From: Antedon mediterranea
Taxonomy: Eukaryota; Animalia; Echinodermata
Length of the DNA: 64,000 nucleotides
Direction of reading: 5' to 3'
NCBI RefSeq assembly: GCF_964355755.1
Contig: NC_092675.1
Span: forward strand, 23,718,912-23,782,911
In this document: positions 14,046 through 27,063 of the stretch, one piece after another
How positions within the stretch are numbered: position 1 is the first letter of the stretch
Layout of the letters: every line of letters begins with the position of its first letter
Position numbers and translations under genes: made by a program
Notes under the pieces: model-generated
The model's database searches: none
What the model saw: only the letters and a program-made list of their open reading frames with translations
Told to the model about the DNA's origin: nothing

Positions 14046-16042
14046 TACCCTTCATCCAATCAACACACTGCAACTTACAGTGTCTAATTTCTTTCGTTGA
14101 TCAATACAACTAGCCCTCTAAAAGCATCGTGGACTGCTCTTGGTTTTTTGTAAGTCTTCTTGGTTTTAGGTTATGATAGTGAAAAATAAAAGCAGTTCAG
14201 CAACTTGCAACGATCGCTCTCCACTTGAGAGTACTCAACCAACACTAGAGGGCGATAGTATCAGGTTTTGATCTGAGCGTGCTTTGAGACGAGAAAATAT
14301 AAATGTTTGCAGAAGACCTCTATCATAATGTTGAAACATATATTGGTCTGTCCCAATTTGTTTTATAAATGATTAAATTACGGTAAAGGTGAATTAGAAC
14401 TCACACAATATTAATACAATGCCATGGTAATCTTACAGCATGGCACTGAGGTCACCTTTCCAAGACTCGTATCAGACCTTTGATCTTATGTCTGGCTGCG
14501 AATAATACAAACAGTACTGTACTATGTAATAGGGACTGTACGAAACAGAACGGTTAGATGAGGACGGCAGCATCTCTCTACCTGTCTCGCGTCGCGCCCT
14601 TCTGAATTGCTTGGCTCTGGTAATACAGCATAGGCCTTCCTAGCGCATTCAAACGCCGTGGAAATGTATTGCTTTTAAGACAGCCATTTCAACCGAATAA
14701 AAAAGTTAAAATATTATTTAGATTTTTGAAAATTCAACTTTTAAGTGTAATTTGAACAGTATATTTAGTTCTCGGTAAACGGGAAAATGGTAACTTTATC
14801 GTCCTCAAAAAGTTAAGACGACAGAATTTTACACTAAGCTCCGCCCACTTTGTTAAAGCTCGTGCATAAATTATTCATGAGCACCGTCCTGTGGCCTCCC
14901 GCCCCTAATGTTCTCCGTGTCGCGTGTTAAATGGCGTGAACTTATCATTTCGCAGCCACAGATAAACCTTTTAATATCCGGAGCTCAGAATTCTGTTGTT
15001 TGATTGCATGCTATGACAATACTAAATCTATGGTTTAGCGCCACCTATAACTTATTCAGCTTAAGTTCTAATAGACTTAATTTGACAGCCGTGCAATGAG
15101 TATTTTAAAATAGACAAAATAGTTCAGTCTTTCCTTTTTTTTGCAGAATCCGTTAATACAAAAAGACTTGATATTTTCGCTGAAAAGTTCATTTTTTTGT
15201 TTACCCTTTCACGATCGATCGGAAGTGGTGTATCACATCAAAATATCAATCCGCGTGCGATGCATTCTGGTGTTTATAGCGGGCCGCCTTAATTATTAGA
15301 AGCGACTTATTTTTCCACATTATTAACCGTTTAAAAGATTTCGTAATAGGTCCATACAGTATTTATTTTTACATAAAATGTAGTGTGTCGAAAAACCATA
15401 GGTCTGGTGGCTTGAATAATGATAACGCCAGGCGAAACCTATTTTTCTGGATACGTAAATATCTCGTTTTATTACTTGGGGTACCTAAGTCTTTTCCTCT
15501 TCTTTTTCCATCCGGACACTATTGAGTAAAAAGTACCACTCCTCCCTTATTCGTTGTAGTATTGAGCTGGGATTTGGCATGAATATACTACAGGGACATG
15601 TCCTCAAACTATAGAGCCGGATTTTTTAAATTTCAAACCGGATGCAGCCATATCACGTCTCAAAGATGGTACCGTATAGCCGTATTTGGTAGAGAGGTTA
15701 TTGATGTGTATGTGACGTTATACAGCCGGTCTTATGACTTCATTACATTCGTGATTGTTTTTTCCGTACGCGAAAATATTTTTTTTTTCGTACATGAAAA
15801 ATAGAGAAAAAAAGTACTATTTAACAATTGTTAAATAGTGCGTACTACTGCACTCCATATGACCCACAGTCGTCCAATCAAATGACAGGAATGTATTTAG
15901 GTGTTATATATAAAAAGTATTAGAGCAGAGAGTAGCCTATACATAGTTCAACATTATATTGTGTGAGCTTTCATACTAATTATTTCTAATGTAGGCCTAT
16001 ACAGACGATTGTGAACTCATGAAATGCAAGCGTACTTGCTCG

Positions 16043-16144
16043 CCCTACAACCTTATAACATCGACGCTATCTAAATATTAATGCGCATACGTACCCTACA
16101 ACCTTATAACATCGACGCTATCTAAATATTAATGCGCATACGTA
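16043..16144. repeat. Exact 51-bp tandem duplication
   Basis: ccctacaaccttataacatcgacgctatctaaatattaatgcgcatacgta occurs at 16043 and again at 16094. Confidence 0.9.
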
Positions 16145-16635
16145 GTAAAGCCAACTAACTATCACTTGATTCTATTCCATTTATATTCTATTTTCGTAAT
16201 TTATTTCGTCTGTTTTAAATATTCAAAATGTAGACTAGTAAGTTACTGAAAGCTAATTTAAGCTTTATATTCATAAACTTAATGCACTATTTTCGATGAG
16301 CCCAGTAATTAAGTCTTAGTGTGTTCATTATACCGTAATATTATTAGATACGCTGGGGGCGGTAATGGAAACTGTTTTAAAGATAATTTTGAGATAACAC
16401 AAGTCGTGTAATAGCTTGTATTTATTATTCTTTATTATTTTCAACTCTTAATTGGTCTTATAGTGAATAAACTTTCATACCATCATTATGTTTTCTTATC
16501 CTTCTGAACACAATCTGTATAAATTCATGCCAGCTAAATGATGTTTAGTTTGTAGAAAATACAACAACGCTGAAATAAATATTCAATATTAATATAACTA
16601 TGAACTACACACAGTGGATGAATGAATATATATAT

Positions 16636-16685
16636 CACCATCATCCATTATCATCTTCATCATCATCGTCTTCTTCTTCTTCATC
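16636..16685. repeat. Imperfect (TCA/TCT)n microsatellite
   Basis: catcatccattatcatcttcatcatcatcgtcttcttcttcttcatc; this explains the poly-Ser in ORF 16600..16791. Confidence 0.7.
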
Positions 16686-17067
16686 CAATTCCATAACTGT
16701 TCTAGTCCAATTTTCTAAATTGTTTGTGTATTTCAAATTTTTGACCTACATTCCACCCCTATGTCTTCTGTATGCCGTGCTAAATAAATAATATACTGAA
16801 ATAACATAATAAAATATAGGCCCTACAACGCATGCGTACTATGTTGTTAGTTTGTATTAATGTTTGTTGTTTTTTATTCAAAGACTGGCACTCGTCAACT
16901 TGATGGTTTCTAGATCCAGACGAAGACCGACATGGTTTAGTCCATGATTGACCTGACCTAGGTTTATCCTGGGTTTTAGAAAATCGAAAGCAATTCTTTA
17001 AGGCACATTGTCAAGAATTAACAATAGAAAATTAATGTTGGTACACAGGGGTTATTTTGTGAACCAG

Positions 17068-17145
17068 TTCACCGGGATAATCCGCACTCTTCTCGAATGA
17101 TGAACTGAGTTCCACTAGAACCATGGTTTATAGTCCCTCCGAGAA
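17068..17145 (-). mobile_element. SINE core fragment (same family as 25866 and 60446)
   Basis: Reverse complement cttctcggagggactataaaccatggttc...gaactcagttcatcattcgagaagagt aligns by eye with cttcggataaggaatataagccgtaggtc...gaacccagttca. Confidence 0.45.
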
Positions 17146-18779
17146 GAACACAAGAAATAAATTGTCTCCGGAAAGTAGATAATACCATTCACATATCCTC
17201 TCCCCATCCCCACCACCCACAATTCACCAACACCAGGGTTTTCAGTAAAACAAAGGTCTGTTACTTAAATACAATTTGTTTAATAAATGTTCGGCTGAGG
17301 ATTACCTTTCGGCGTTTAGAGTCGATACCTTTGACGTTGTGTCCCCGGTTCACTAGGTTTTGCCAGGGACGAGTTAAACCCTGATTTTGCAAAGAGCGAT
17401 GTAAAAGCCCATATAGTTGCTGGTTTAAATATTAGTTATGGAAGCTTGGGATTCTGTACACTATATTGTGTAAAGAGGACAGAGTGGGGAAAAGAGACAA
17501 TGCAGGCCAATGTTTGACTGCAGTTAATGTCTGTTATTAATGGGTAAGATTGATAAATACACTGTTGTTACGTGTTTTAATTATGTCATCGTACTGTTTA
17601 TAATATTTGTTTCTGATCATTTCTTTAAACACGACTTGGTTTTAGTATGTAAAATGCGATTTTGCTAATTCAACTTGATCGAAATGGTTTACAACGTTCG
17701 AATATACGTTTCAGTAATTTTACTTTTAAATATCATCCAAGAGTTGGTCACAGTGTTCTGTATAGTGCGAATTACGAATTATAGAGGTCATGCAATTTTA
17801 TAAATGAATAGATATTGAAGCAGACAATAGCTTAAAGCTGTGTATTAAGGCAGGCAACTACATCTTAAATTGGTTGGCTAAATACAAACAGTTTTACGAT
17901 TTTTTATTGTGAATAATTGAGATAGGGTGTCTGCTCTATTTAAATAATTGATTGATATCAACATAGACTCAAATTAAACATAGCTTTATAACACAACAAT
18001 AAATAGCAGTTGGAAAAAAGTTTGTTAGATGGATTCAGATCTGATTCAAAGTTTAAAAGTTCGCATTAAAAAGAATTTATTATATAAAATATGTTCTATG
18101 ATATAGAAAATTAATAACTGATAAAAAAAAATAAATGAAATATATGTGTATGATTAAGATAAATCATTGAAAGAATACCGTACTTCAATGGTTAACCGAC
18201 ATTAGTGATAGCCATCAAATATTTTCTTCATAATGTTCTTTGATAGTGCGATCTCTATTTTATTATAAACTGCTAATAAAACAGCACGTAATCCATTCAT
18301 TACATTAAAAGTCATACAAATTAATACAGTAATGTAGAAATTCTGTATATTTAAATATTTTATAGGAAAGCAAACTATATTATTTCAACTTAACTTTTAC
18401 AAACTACATTACGAGAAAGTAATAAAGGAATGTAGTATATATACAATACTCTACAATGTCATTTAAATATTAAGCTTACAAAAGATACCCGTCCCAAACT
18501 TGGTAATTATTAGGATTAGTGAGTAGACAAAAGAGGACGGTGAATTAACAGAGCGAGACGTTTGTATAAAGTCTTCCGTCCAGTTATTAATTCATTTCGC
18601 ACAAGCGATGACGGTAAGCCTCATCCTAGGCTAAGGCCGAAAACCCAGTACTTTTTTATAGCAAAGTTCAAAAGGATTAATTAAAAACACCAAATCAATA
18701 GTTTTAAAGAGGGCATACGAGGATGCTTCCCTTAGAAGAATTAAAATTAACAAGAAATATTTCTTACGAAACTGCTCGC

Positions 18780-18960
18780 TTATTGAAAAATATTTTTTAT
18801 TTCAAATGTTTTTGAATGTGTCATTTTATTGTCACATAATAGTTATTTTACCTGAAAAAATGTAATTTAAAGCAACAAATACTTAAATTGTCTGTCAGAC
18901 AATGGTTATTGGGTTTCTTTTCTCTTTTTATATGTGAATAAATATTATTTTTTTGGTTAC
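18780..18960 (+). mobile_element. Internal fragment of the TTAA-flanked MITE family found at 57208-57779
   Basis: Shares cattttantgtcacataatagttat...tgtaatttaaagcaa with 57260-57350; no TIRs seen. Confidence 0.6.
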
Positions 18961-19642
18961 AGAAGTGAATACTCAATTTCTGTCACTTTAGTTTTATTGC
19001 TAAGGTCAAGTCTGGGGGTCATTTCATCACCCTGGATATTTCAAGTGTGAAATATCTTATTACAAACACAAACTTTAATGGACTGTTTCGATAATAATTC
19101 AATGAATATCTGACAGTGAATATACCAGAAATGCTTTGGGATTTGTAATTTTAGCATGAAATGTCCTAATAGATTCTTTTCTCAGACGTTTTTTTGGTCT
19201 ACTGTAGCAGCTGGAATCAATAAATTATAGTGGAGTTTCCATTTTCGCAAAACTGTCGTCTTTAAAACTATAACTGCTGCTTGCTTTAGCTTCTGATTGA
19301 GTAGTCCTAATGGGACGTAGCGGGCTAGAGCAGCAGCGTGAAAAGACCGAACCTAATTCACCAAAATTAATGCAGTTGCGATAATCATGAAGGCCTTATA
19401 CGCATGCGCAGTTTAATCTTTTGTATACATTAATATTACGTCCCCCGATGCGAAAGCCAACTATTAACAATGTCCCGACTTCAAATTCATTATCAATTTT
19501 CTTAAAATACGAAATAAAACAATAAATGTATTTTCTAAGATTACGGGAAAATCTGCACATGATTGGAGTGGCTGAGTAATTTAACATATTATCAACAGGT
19601 GGATATTATAAGCCTATTATTTTAGGCCTGATACCTCTATAG

Positions 19643-19919
19643 TAATTTAATTTAATTTGTTTTATCTTATTCAATCGAAACCAACAGCGATAATTACCGC
19701 CACTAACAGGTTTGAAACAAACAAAACCAGGAAAATTTAAAGCACCCTGATTGGTACTAACATTGTTCAAGGGCTTCTCTCATCCAGTGCCCACCTTGAT
19801 CAAAGGAAAGGCAATACGTCTGAGGCAGGGCCTGCCATAAGAGTCAGCAGTGCTGATTTCAAATGCCTAACGGGACCCCAGCTCCATATACAGCACCTGA
19901 TATTCCCAGATACTCTCCA
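19643..19919 (-). mobile_element. 5S rRNA-derived SINE (SINE3), 5'-truncated copy
   Basis: Reverse complement matches 38585-38870 along its length: tctgggaatatcaggtgct (5S 3' end), the body, and an A-rich tail. Confidence 0.88.
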
Positions 19920-22900
19920 ACAAAATTTAATTTGTGATACTAATTGTAGTATTTATAATAAACTTATTAATGATATTTTCATTTATGTTGATTATTATTT
20001 GAATTTTGTTTGTAGGCCTATTATTTAAAAAATATTCCTTCCGTATTTATTTAAAACTACAGTACTGTCTTATCAAACTTGTCATCAATGAATGGTTAAA
20101 ACAGTCACCTATGTAAATTAGGCCTATATTTGATTTGACAGTTTGAATACACATTACATATTTTCTTTTCATTGTCTATATGTTATATATAAAAGAGAAT
20201 ACTCAATTCTATCGTATCCGAGTATAATTGCTACTTAAATGAATAAACGAGAGAATATGACGTCAATATGGCTATAAAGCACCTATCAAACATTTAACCA
20301 TTAACCTTAGTAATCAACGATATAATTTTTTAGACATAGGAAAGTGTAAATTGAACAAGCAAGATGTGCTGATCTACAATGCAATAACATACAGTAGTTC
20401 TATGTGTAATGATGACAGTATTCTTGTTGCTTCAAGTTATGATACGCTATGCCTACTTGGTACTATACATGTTAATTTTAATTTACTATTAATTTGACTA
20501 GATGCTATATTTTCCGAAATGTACATTATGATTGTGTATTCATTTATAGAAGATAGACAACTGTCTACAGTGAAACTGGCATTGTTATCAATTATTGCTA
20601 AAGTAAATAGTAATGATCGTTATAACTCTAAATATGGCGAAGGTACAATGATGTTTCAAGACACGGGACGATGTCAGATTTAGAAATCAGAGCCTAAAAC
20701 AATATCTGTTAGATGGCTTTTTTACGGGAAGATTCCATAATAGTCCATGTGCAAATTAATCTGCTTGCAAAAGAGATCCACATAACTTCAAATGTGCTGT
20801 TAAAACAGTACTTTGACCATAATTGAAATAAGAAAATTCAGCTAACGGCAGTAATTATTTTAATGAAGCACACGATATCGATATATTTTAATGTTGGCCT
20901 AATAGCACAGACATATTTTAGGGTATAGTGTTTTAATGGATGTGATTGTTTATTTTTTCTCACCCGATTCTGCTACTGTCCATAGGTGCTATCTGTAAAA
21001 CTATAGCAAGTTATACACGTTGCTGTCTGCTATAAATGCTGTACTTTTAACACACGGTACACTGTCTGTAGCACAGTGTCTGTTTCTAATTTCCTTCCTT
21101 TCCTTTTCTTCGTCTTAAATAACAAAAACACGATATGCAAGTAGCTGTCCCAAAAACAACTTGTAGGAAGACATTGTTGATAGATCTGAAGAAAAAAAAT
21201 TTCTTATTTGGGAAGAGAAGATGACAAAAGACAGAGGAAATGGGTGGTTTGAGGAGGGGGAGGGCTTGTTTGGAGACTGTGGGATACCTCTTCAGCCAAA
21301 GACTGTTTTCCAAGAAGGCCCAGTATACAGCAGACAAACAAGCATAATACAAAGTTAAAATACAAAGCCAAAACAACCACACTGTTAATAGCATTCTATG
21401 ACTTCATTATAAACAAACAATTTTCGTTTCAGTTTTAGCTGAAGCAAGGTTTTGGTGATGTTTTCTCTAGCAAGAAAAAACATCATTTACAACATACGAC
21501 GCTGTTATTCTGATTGGCTGTTGCTCTAAAAAATGTCGCCCGTCGCACGGTAACTGATAACATGGTTACAAAACGAAATTTCATAAAACAAATAAAGATA
21601 TACAAGGTTTTGACTTCATTTTATGTGAAACAAAGTGGAGTTTCTGTTCCGGAATGTTCGGTTAAGGATTTTTTTTTGTATTTATACTCTATGCAAATAA
21701 TGTGTCTATTATATTAGCCTATGGCAAAATGCATAAGCTATATTTATGGTGTACTAGTCAAATCTGTGCATCTGTGTATCCACGTATGTTTACTTTTTTA
21801 TATTATACGTTTATGTATAATGGCCACTTTTCACAAACGATAGTAAATATCTCTTAAAAATTTAATGGATATAAAAAGATTGTAACGACGCAATAAAGCC
21901 CGCGGGAAATATCAAACAATTCATAAATGATTGATATTGACAGTTATATTTCAACATGACTTGTCCAGAATTATCTAAATTGTAAAACAAAGATAACTGA
22001 GTGATTTTAAAGTTTACCTGTATGAAAAGTTAGCTGTGTTAATGACAGACGACGACCACGCTCGAGGATATAGCAATGTGCGTTAATACAGGCAGATGAC
22101 CAAATCCATCCATACAACGTTCTATTTGGTCGACAGGTGACCACTATCATGCAAATGCTTTCATGCATTTCCACGCTTGTGGTATGCCATCGTGCATAAT
22201 TATTATTAAAACAATGGTTGTGCTCATCTGTATGCAGCCACATTGGGATCTGCGGACAAACGATAACATCCAAGTTGCGTTCACTATCGTGTCACCATGT
22301 TTTCTGCATTACGAGTTTCAGTCAAAAACACGTAAACGTGTTACCATTATAACTATATTAGTAATCTGTTACAACTCAAAGGCAAATTACAGTACTGAAA
22401 GACACTGCCAAGCTTTCAGAAACAAACTATTCAGCAGGGCCGACTTCATAATCTATTACAATGTTTACACGTTCAATAATAGCAATTATCTTTTAATTCA
22501 GATTCCTTAATTGATATTTTGTAAATGTATTTTTTATTGTCCTTTTTATTTGTATATTATCCCAAAAATGTGTTAATTGGCCATATGTCCATCCAAGCCT
22601 AACGCATGCAGACTATTTCTTTTACTGCCCTACATAACTGACTAACGGGAAAAGTTTGCAGCACTTGTGTATTGCATGTGATAGATAACAGGAAGACCAC
22701 ATTGCCTCGTAAACATATCCCCTGGCTACATTAACAAACACTCAGAAGCATGCAACAGCACTTTAATCTCTGCTCAGACTATGCCATTAATTTATTTTAT
22801 GCTTTGATTCAATTTGTATTTGAAACGAAATTTCTAGGACACACTGCAACTTACACCACGATGATCGCTTAGCGTAATTACCAACCAACCTAATTCTATG

Positions 22901-25865
22901 GAGGAAAATCACCAAGAAAAACATTCTTTCATATACTGATTAACTGTGTAATGTAGATACACAAAAGTACTGCGTTTTATTTTAAATATATTCAACCAAA
23001 AATATAAATACCTGTTTATTAATAATTATTAAAGATATGTGAATTGAGTTATTAACATGAACAATATAACCAACATTGTATGTATGTTTTACATGTTCAT
23101 GTAAATAATTATTATGAAAATCAATAAAAAACAAACATTTTAGACATTACTTTACAATTTGATAATCAAGTTCACATTTATTTTGATTCGCTTTAACTGT
23201 ATTTTGTGTCTTTTATGTGTAAACTAACTTTGGGATTTGGTCAACCGGCTCAGCTACAGTGGTTACGTTCACTTAGGTTGACCCTAGTCACCCCAATTTA
23301 AGTTTTTCTTTTTTGTTATAGGCCTATATATACTGAAATAGACCGAATAAATAATGAAATTAAATTAAATTGGAAATTAATGAACACATTAGTTTCCAAG
23401 CGAAAGTTGAAATATTACGCCTATTCAATTGGTATACTCCGCATTTAGAACCTAGGCTTATATACTTTATAAATTTAAACGTATAACAAATACTGTCAAC
23501 ATGCATGCTTCATGTGTTTTTAGACACGTATGTGGCAATATACTCAGTGGATGTACAAGAGCTTGTGTCCGATCAGCTGCTACACATCTTGTACATCGTG
23601 TGATAAAGTTCAACTTATCGACAATTTCCTTCTCTTGATGCTGAAGTCCATTGCAAAATATGTTGTATTCACAAGCCGTAGAGCATTACTACTAACCATA
23701 AAAGGTCTATCCCTACGCCCATGAGATGATAAATTAATATTTTTTATCATAATTATGAATATAGACCTACAATTCCTTTTTTAGTGTATGTATCACATGC
23801 ACAATGTTTCCCTTCACATTTAAATCGATCTAAAACAATCGTTGTGGATTTAGACTTTAAACGCCATGTTTCACTCTACAATTTTAAAAACTGATAAAAG
23901 GGATGAAGAAATTCAACAATAATAACTCATGGTTATGAGTGGTGTCAATATAATACTGTAGAACAATATAACTTACATCGAAGATAAAGACGAACAAGTT
24001 GATGACGTAAGTCAAACCGGAGAGGGAAGTTGTAGACGTTAAACATCAGCAGAGTGGAGTAAAAGAAGGATGAATAAGTACTTCCCAAGATTGGCAGAAT
24101 TACTAATTATCTTAAGACAGGGGCGGTCACATGACTATTTTAAGAGTATTTGAGCCACCGGACCCCATCGTGGGGCCTGTGGCGAAGCGAATTGTTAAAT
24201 AACACCCCTAGAATGGTCGCAAATGGTACTCTTACACATACAATTCATGATAAATGACACCACTTATTCGCCAGAAATGTCACTCTATAGTGCGCTAGCA
24301 AACAGGATTGTAGCCTATATTATTCCGCCGGTAATAAAACATTCGCGAATTGGATATAACATGTTTTGCGTTCAATGCGAATGTCAGGGGGAAGTCCCCG
24401 ATGAAAGTACTTCTCGTACGGTAATAAATCCGAATAAATATAATCAATTAATACAAATTAATTATCAATTAATAATTTTCAAAATTTATTAAAAAAAATA
24501 TGAAGCTGCTGCTATAAATATACTAGACTTGCCCCAAGTCTGTATTATCTTTTTTTTTTATTTATTTGTTTTTATTTCGACCGCGATTTTTGTCTGAAAA
24601 TACAGACTTGTGAAACACGTATAGAAATCGATTTGCAGACCGCAAACATACGATAAGAATGACGTAGGTTATCATACCGTATTTGGCTATATGAGGCGGG
24701 CGGTATGTAAATATGGATTTCGAATCAACCAATGATCATTTTGTTTCAAAATGAAAGAGATCAAGTACGTAGGCCTACCAGTGCTTAATGTACGATCGAG
24801 ACTGTTGAAATATAAAATAGTAATGCCAAGTTGTTTTGTTTATTAATTGTTTAGTCCTTGGCCTAGGCCTCTTTCGTAGGTCCTACTCAACTCGCACGTA
24901 TGACCTGCCAAATAAAACGCCAATGAAATCAGAAGTAGGCCTACATAACCACCGGCACACAACAACAGGGCTACATCACCACACAGAACAGGACAGGGTC
25001 TCGGTGGGAATTAAATCAAAATTATCTCCGCGTAATAAATGATCCATTCAATGTTTGATTTGCGGAGAAGCTAGCCTATCATATATCAAGACGAGTTTTC
25101 ATGTTTCAAAGATCCCATCAAATGTTTACCAGACTACTAGGCATATAAAATAATTTCTAGCCTTCATAACTTTCATAAATGTACCCAAGTACACGTTGTC
25201 TAAACGTAACATAGCGCATGCGCATCATCTTAGTTGTTGAGTCTTTGAAATTCTGAAATATGAATATTTACACATTGTACGAGTGAGTAGCCAATCGCAT
25301 GCAGCTGAAACTAGTCAACCGGATAATCGTATGCACCAAGAATTCTTGGTGTCAAACCACGTGACTTGTGCGTGTTTCCCCAGACGGAGTATCCAAAATC
25401 AAGTAGTATACGTATGAAACGTCATCTGTGCCAAAATATTTATCTTTTAACTAATATTAAGACAAAACTCCGTCTGGAACCCAGACTATAAATATACTTG
25501 TATTATTTTAAATTAAAATGCTAAATAAAGTCAGAAGGTAAAAAACAAAATTTCAGAAATTCATTTTGATTTATCCACTTATACTGGAAAAAAGTGTTGC
25601 TTAAATCATCAAACTGCAACAAAAAACAAAGACAATTTGCAGAAAGAAGCAAACTTTGCCCTGCTACTGAATAACACGGTTCAAAGTACGGAAAGTTCAA
25701 AGTTCAAAGTTCGATAAATTACTTCGGAAATTCGTAGAGAGTTTCTTTGATTGAATTATTTTGTTTGTATTATAACAGCAATTATTTTTGGATTTTCAGT
25801 AAATTGAAAAAAAATGACGGCAAAGTTAGGCTTACCAATAGTTAATTCAAATTCAACTTATCACC

Positions 25866-25940
25866 TTCGGATAAGGAATATAAGCCGTAGGTCGAGTGTA
25901 CAAATTTATAACTTGTGTGCACTTTAAAGAACCCAGTTCA
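25866..25940 (+). mobile_element. SINE core fragment (MetaSINE-like motif)
   Basis: cttcggataaggaatataagccgtaggtcgagtgt...gtgcactttaaagaacccagttca, similar to 60446-60500. Confidence 0.5.
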
Positions 25941-26818
25941 TTGGGGCCTATACAAAGAAATATTTTGGTTGTGAAGGTCAATTTCGTTGGCGCTAAGACA
26001 ATAGTGTAACTAATCCCTCACTATTCAATTACAATTATATTATTATACTATTATATTGTTGAAAATGGATTGCGTGATATACATCAACAAAAGGGAATAC
26101 AGAGAACAAGAATGGGTTGTCGGTTTGCTTACAATAAATTTAAAAAATCACATCACCAATCAGAAAAATTTGAAAGAGTATTACGAGCATGTATGGTAAA
26201 AGTAACATACTACAGTATATCATGCGAGATTTAGTGAAGACAACAATTTCAAGACGTTCCGGCCTGCATCTTTATTAGATATGCATTCATTACAATATTG
26301 TTCGTATTTCTATCTTTGATATTATTGAACAGTTTATGATACGATCTACTCTTTATGAATTTTCTAGAGTAATTGTGTCATAATTAAACCCTGTTAAGCA
26401 CAGTAAATGATTACGTATGTTTTCCGTTGCATAGCAACCATTAGCCCATTTTCATATGTGTCTATTTGTTACCTATAGTCTTGTTGTTTATTGTTTTCTA
26501 TTTATTGTCTTATTCTATAACATTAAACATATAACTATATTGCTTATCGATAGGATAAAAATAATTATCTATTTATTCTACATTATTCTACAATTATATT
26601 TAACAATGGTCTATGATGTGGACAGATATTACTAAAACATATCCAAGTAAAACCATAGGCCTAATTAACATAAATGTAAAATATTTAGTACGTCACTGTT
26701 AAAAAAGAATTAAAACTAAACACTTATAAAACAAGATAATAAGTAAAACATTATTTAAGATAACACAAACCATATCAATCTACAAGATACTAAATTTACA
26801 TCTAATTATGTGTTGATG

Positions 26819-27063
26819 TCATTCAAATGAACTATAACCTTTTTGTTGCTGTTTCCGTTTACCATGATATTCAACAAACAAACGGGTCATTTCTATGACT
26901 GTAGGCCGTCTTTTTGTTTCCTCTGGCTGATTTTTATTTTCCCACATCCACCGACCTAATCTTATAGCCGGAATGCTGGCAAATATTAACATTGCTAGTT
27001 CAAAAATCCCCGTATTCACGTAGAAGTCAACGATATAACTTTTAGTTGCATCATATATGAAAC
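26819..27063 (-). CDS. SLC16-like transporter, last coding exon
   Basis: AG acceptor, then (G)FIYDATKSY...GYSSFE and TGA. Confidence 0.88.

Noticed and set aside
22007-22510. Overlapping ORFs, possibly a decayed LINE 3' end (AFRNKLFSRA)
   Set aside because: The similarity is too weak to call by eye.
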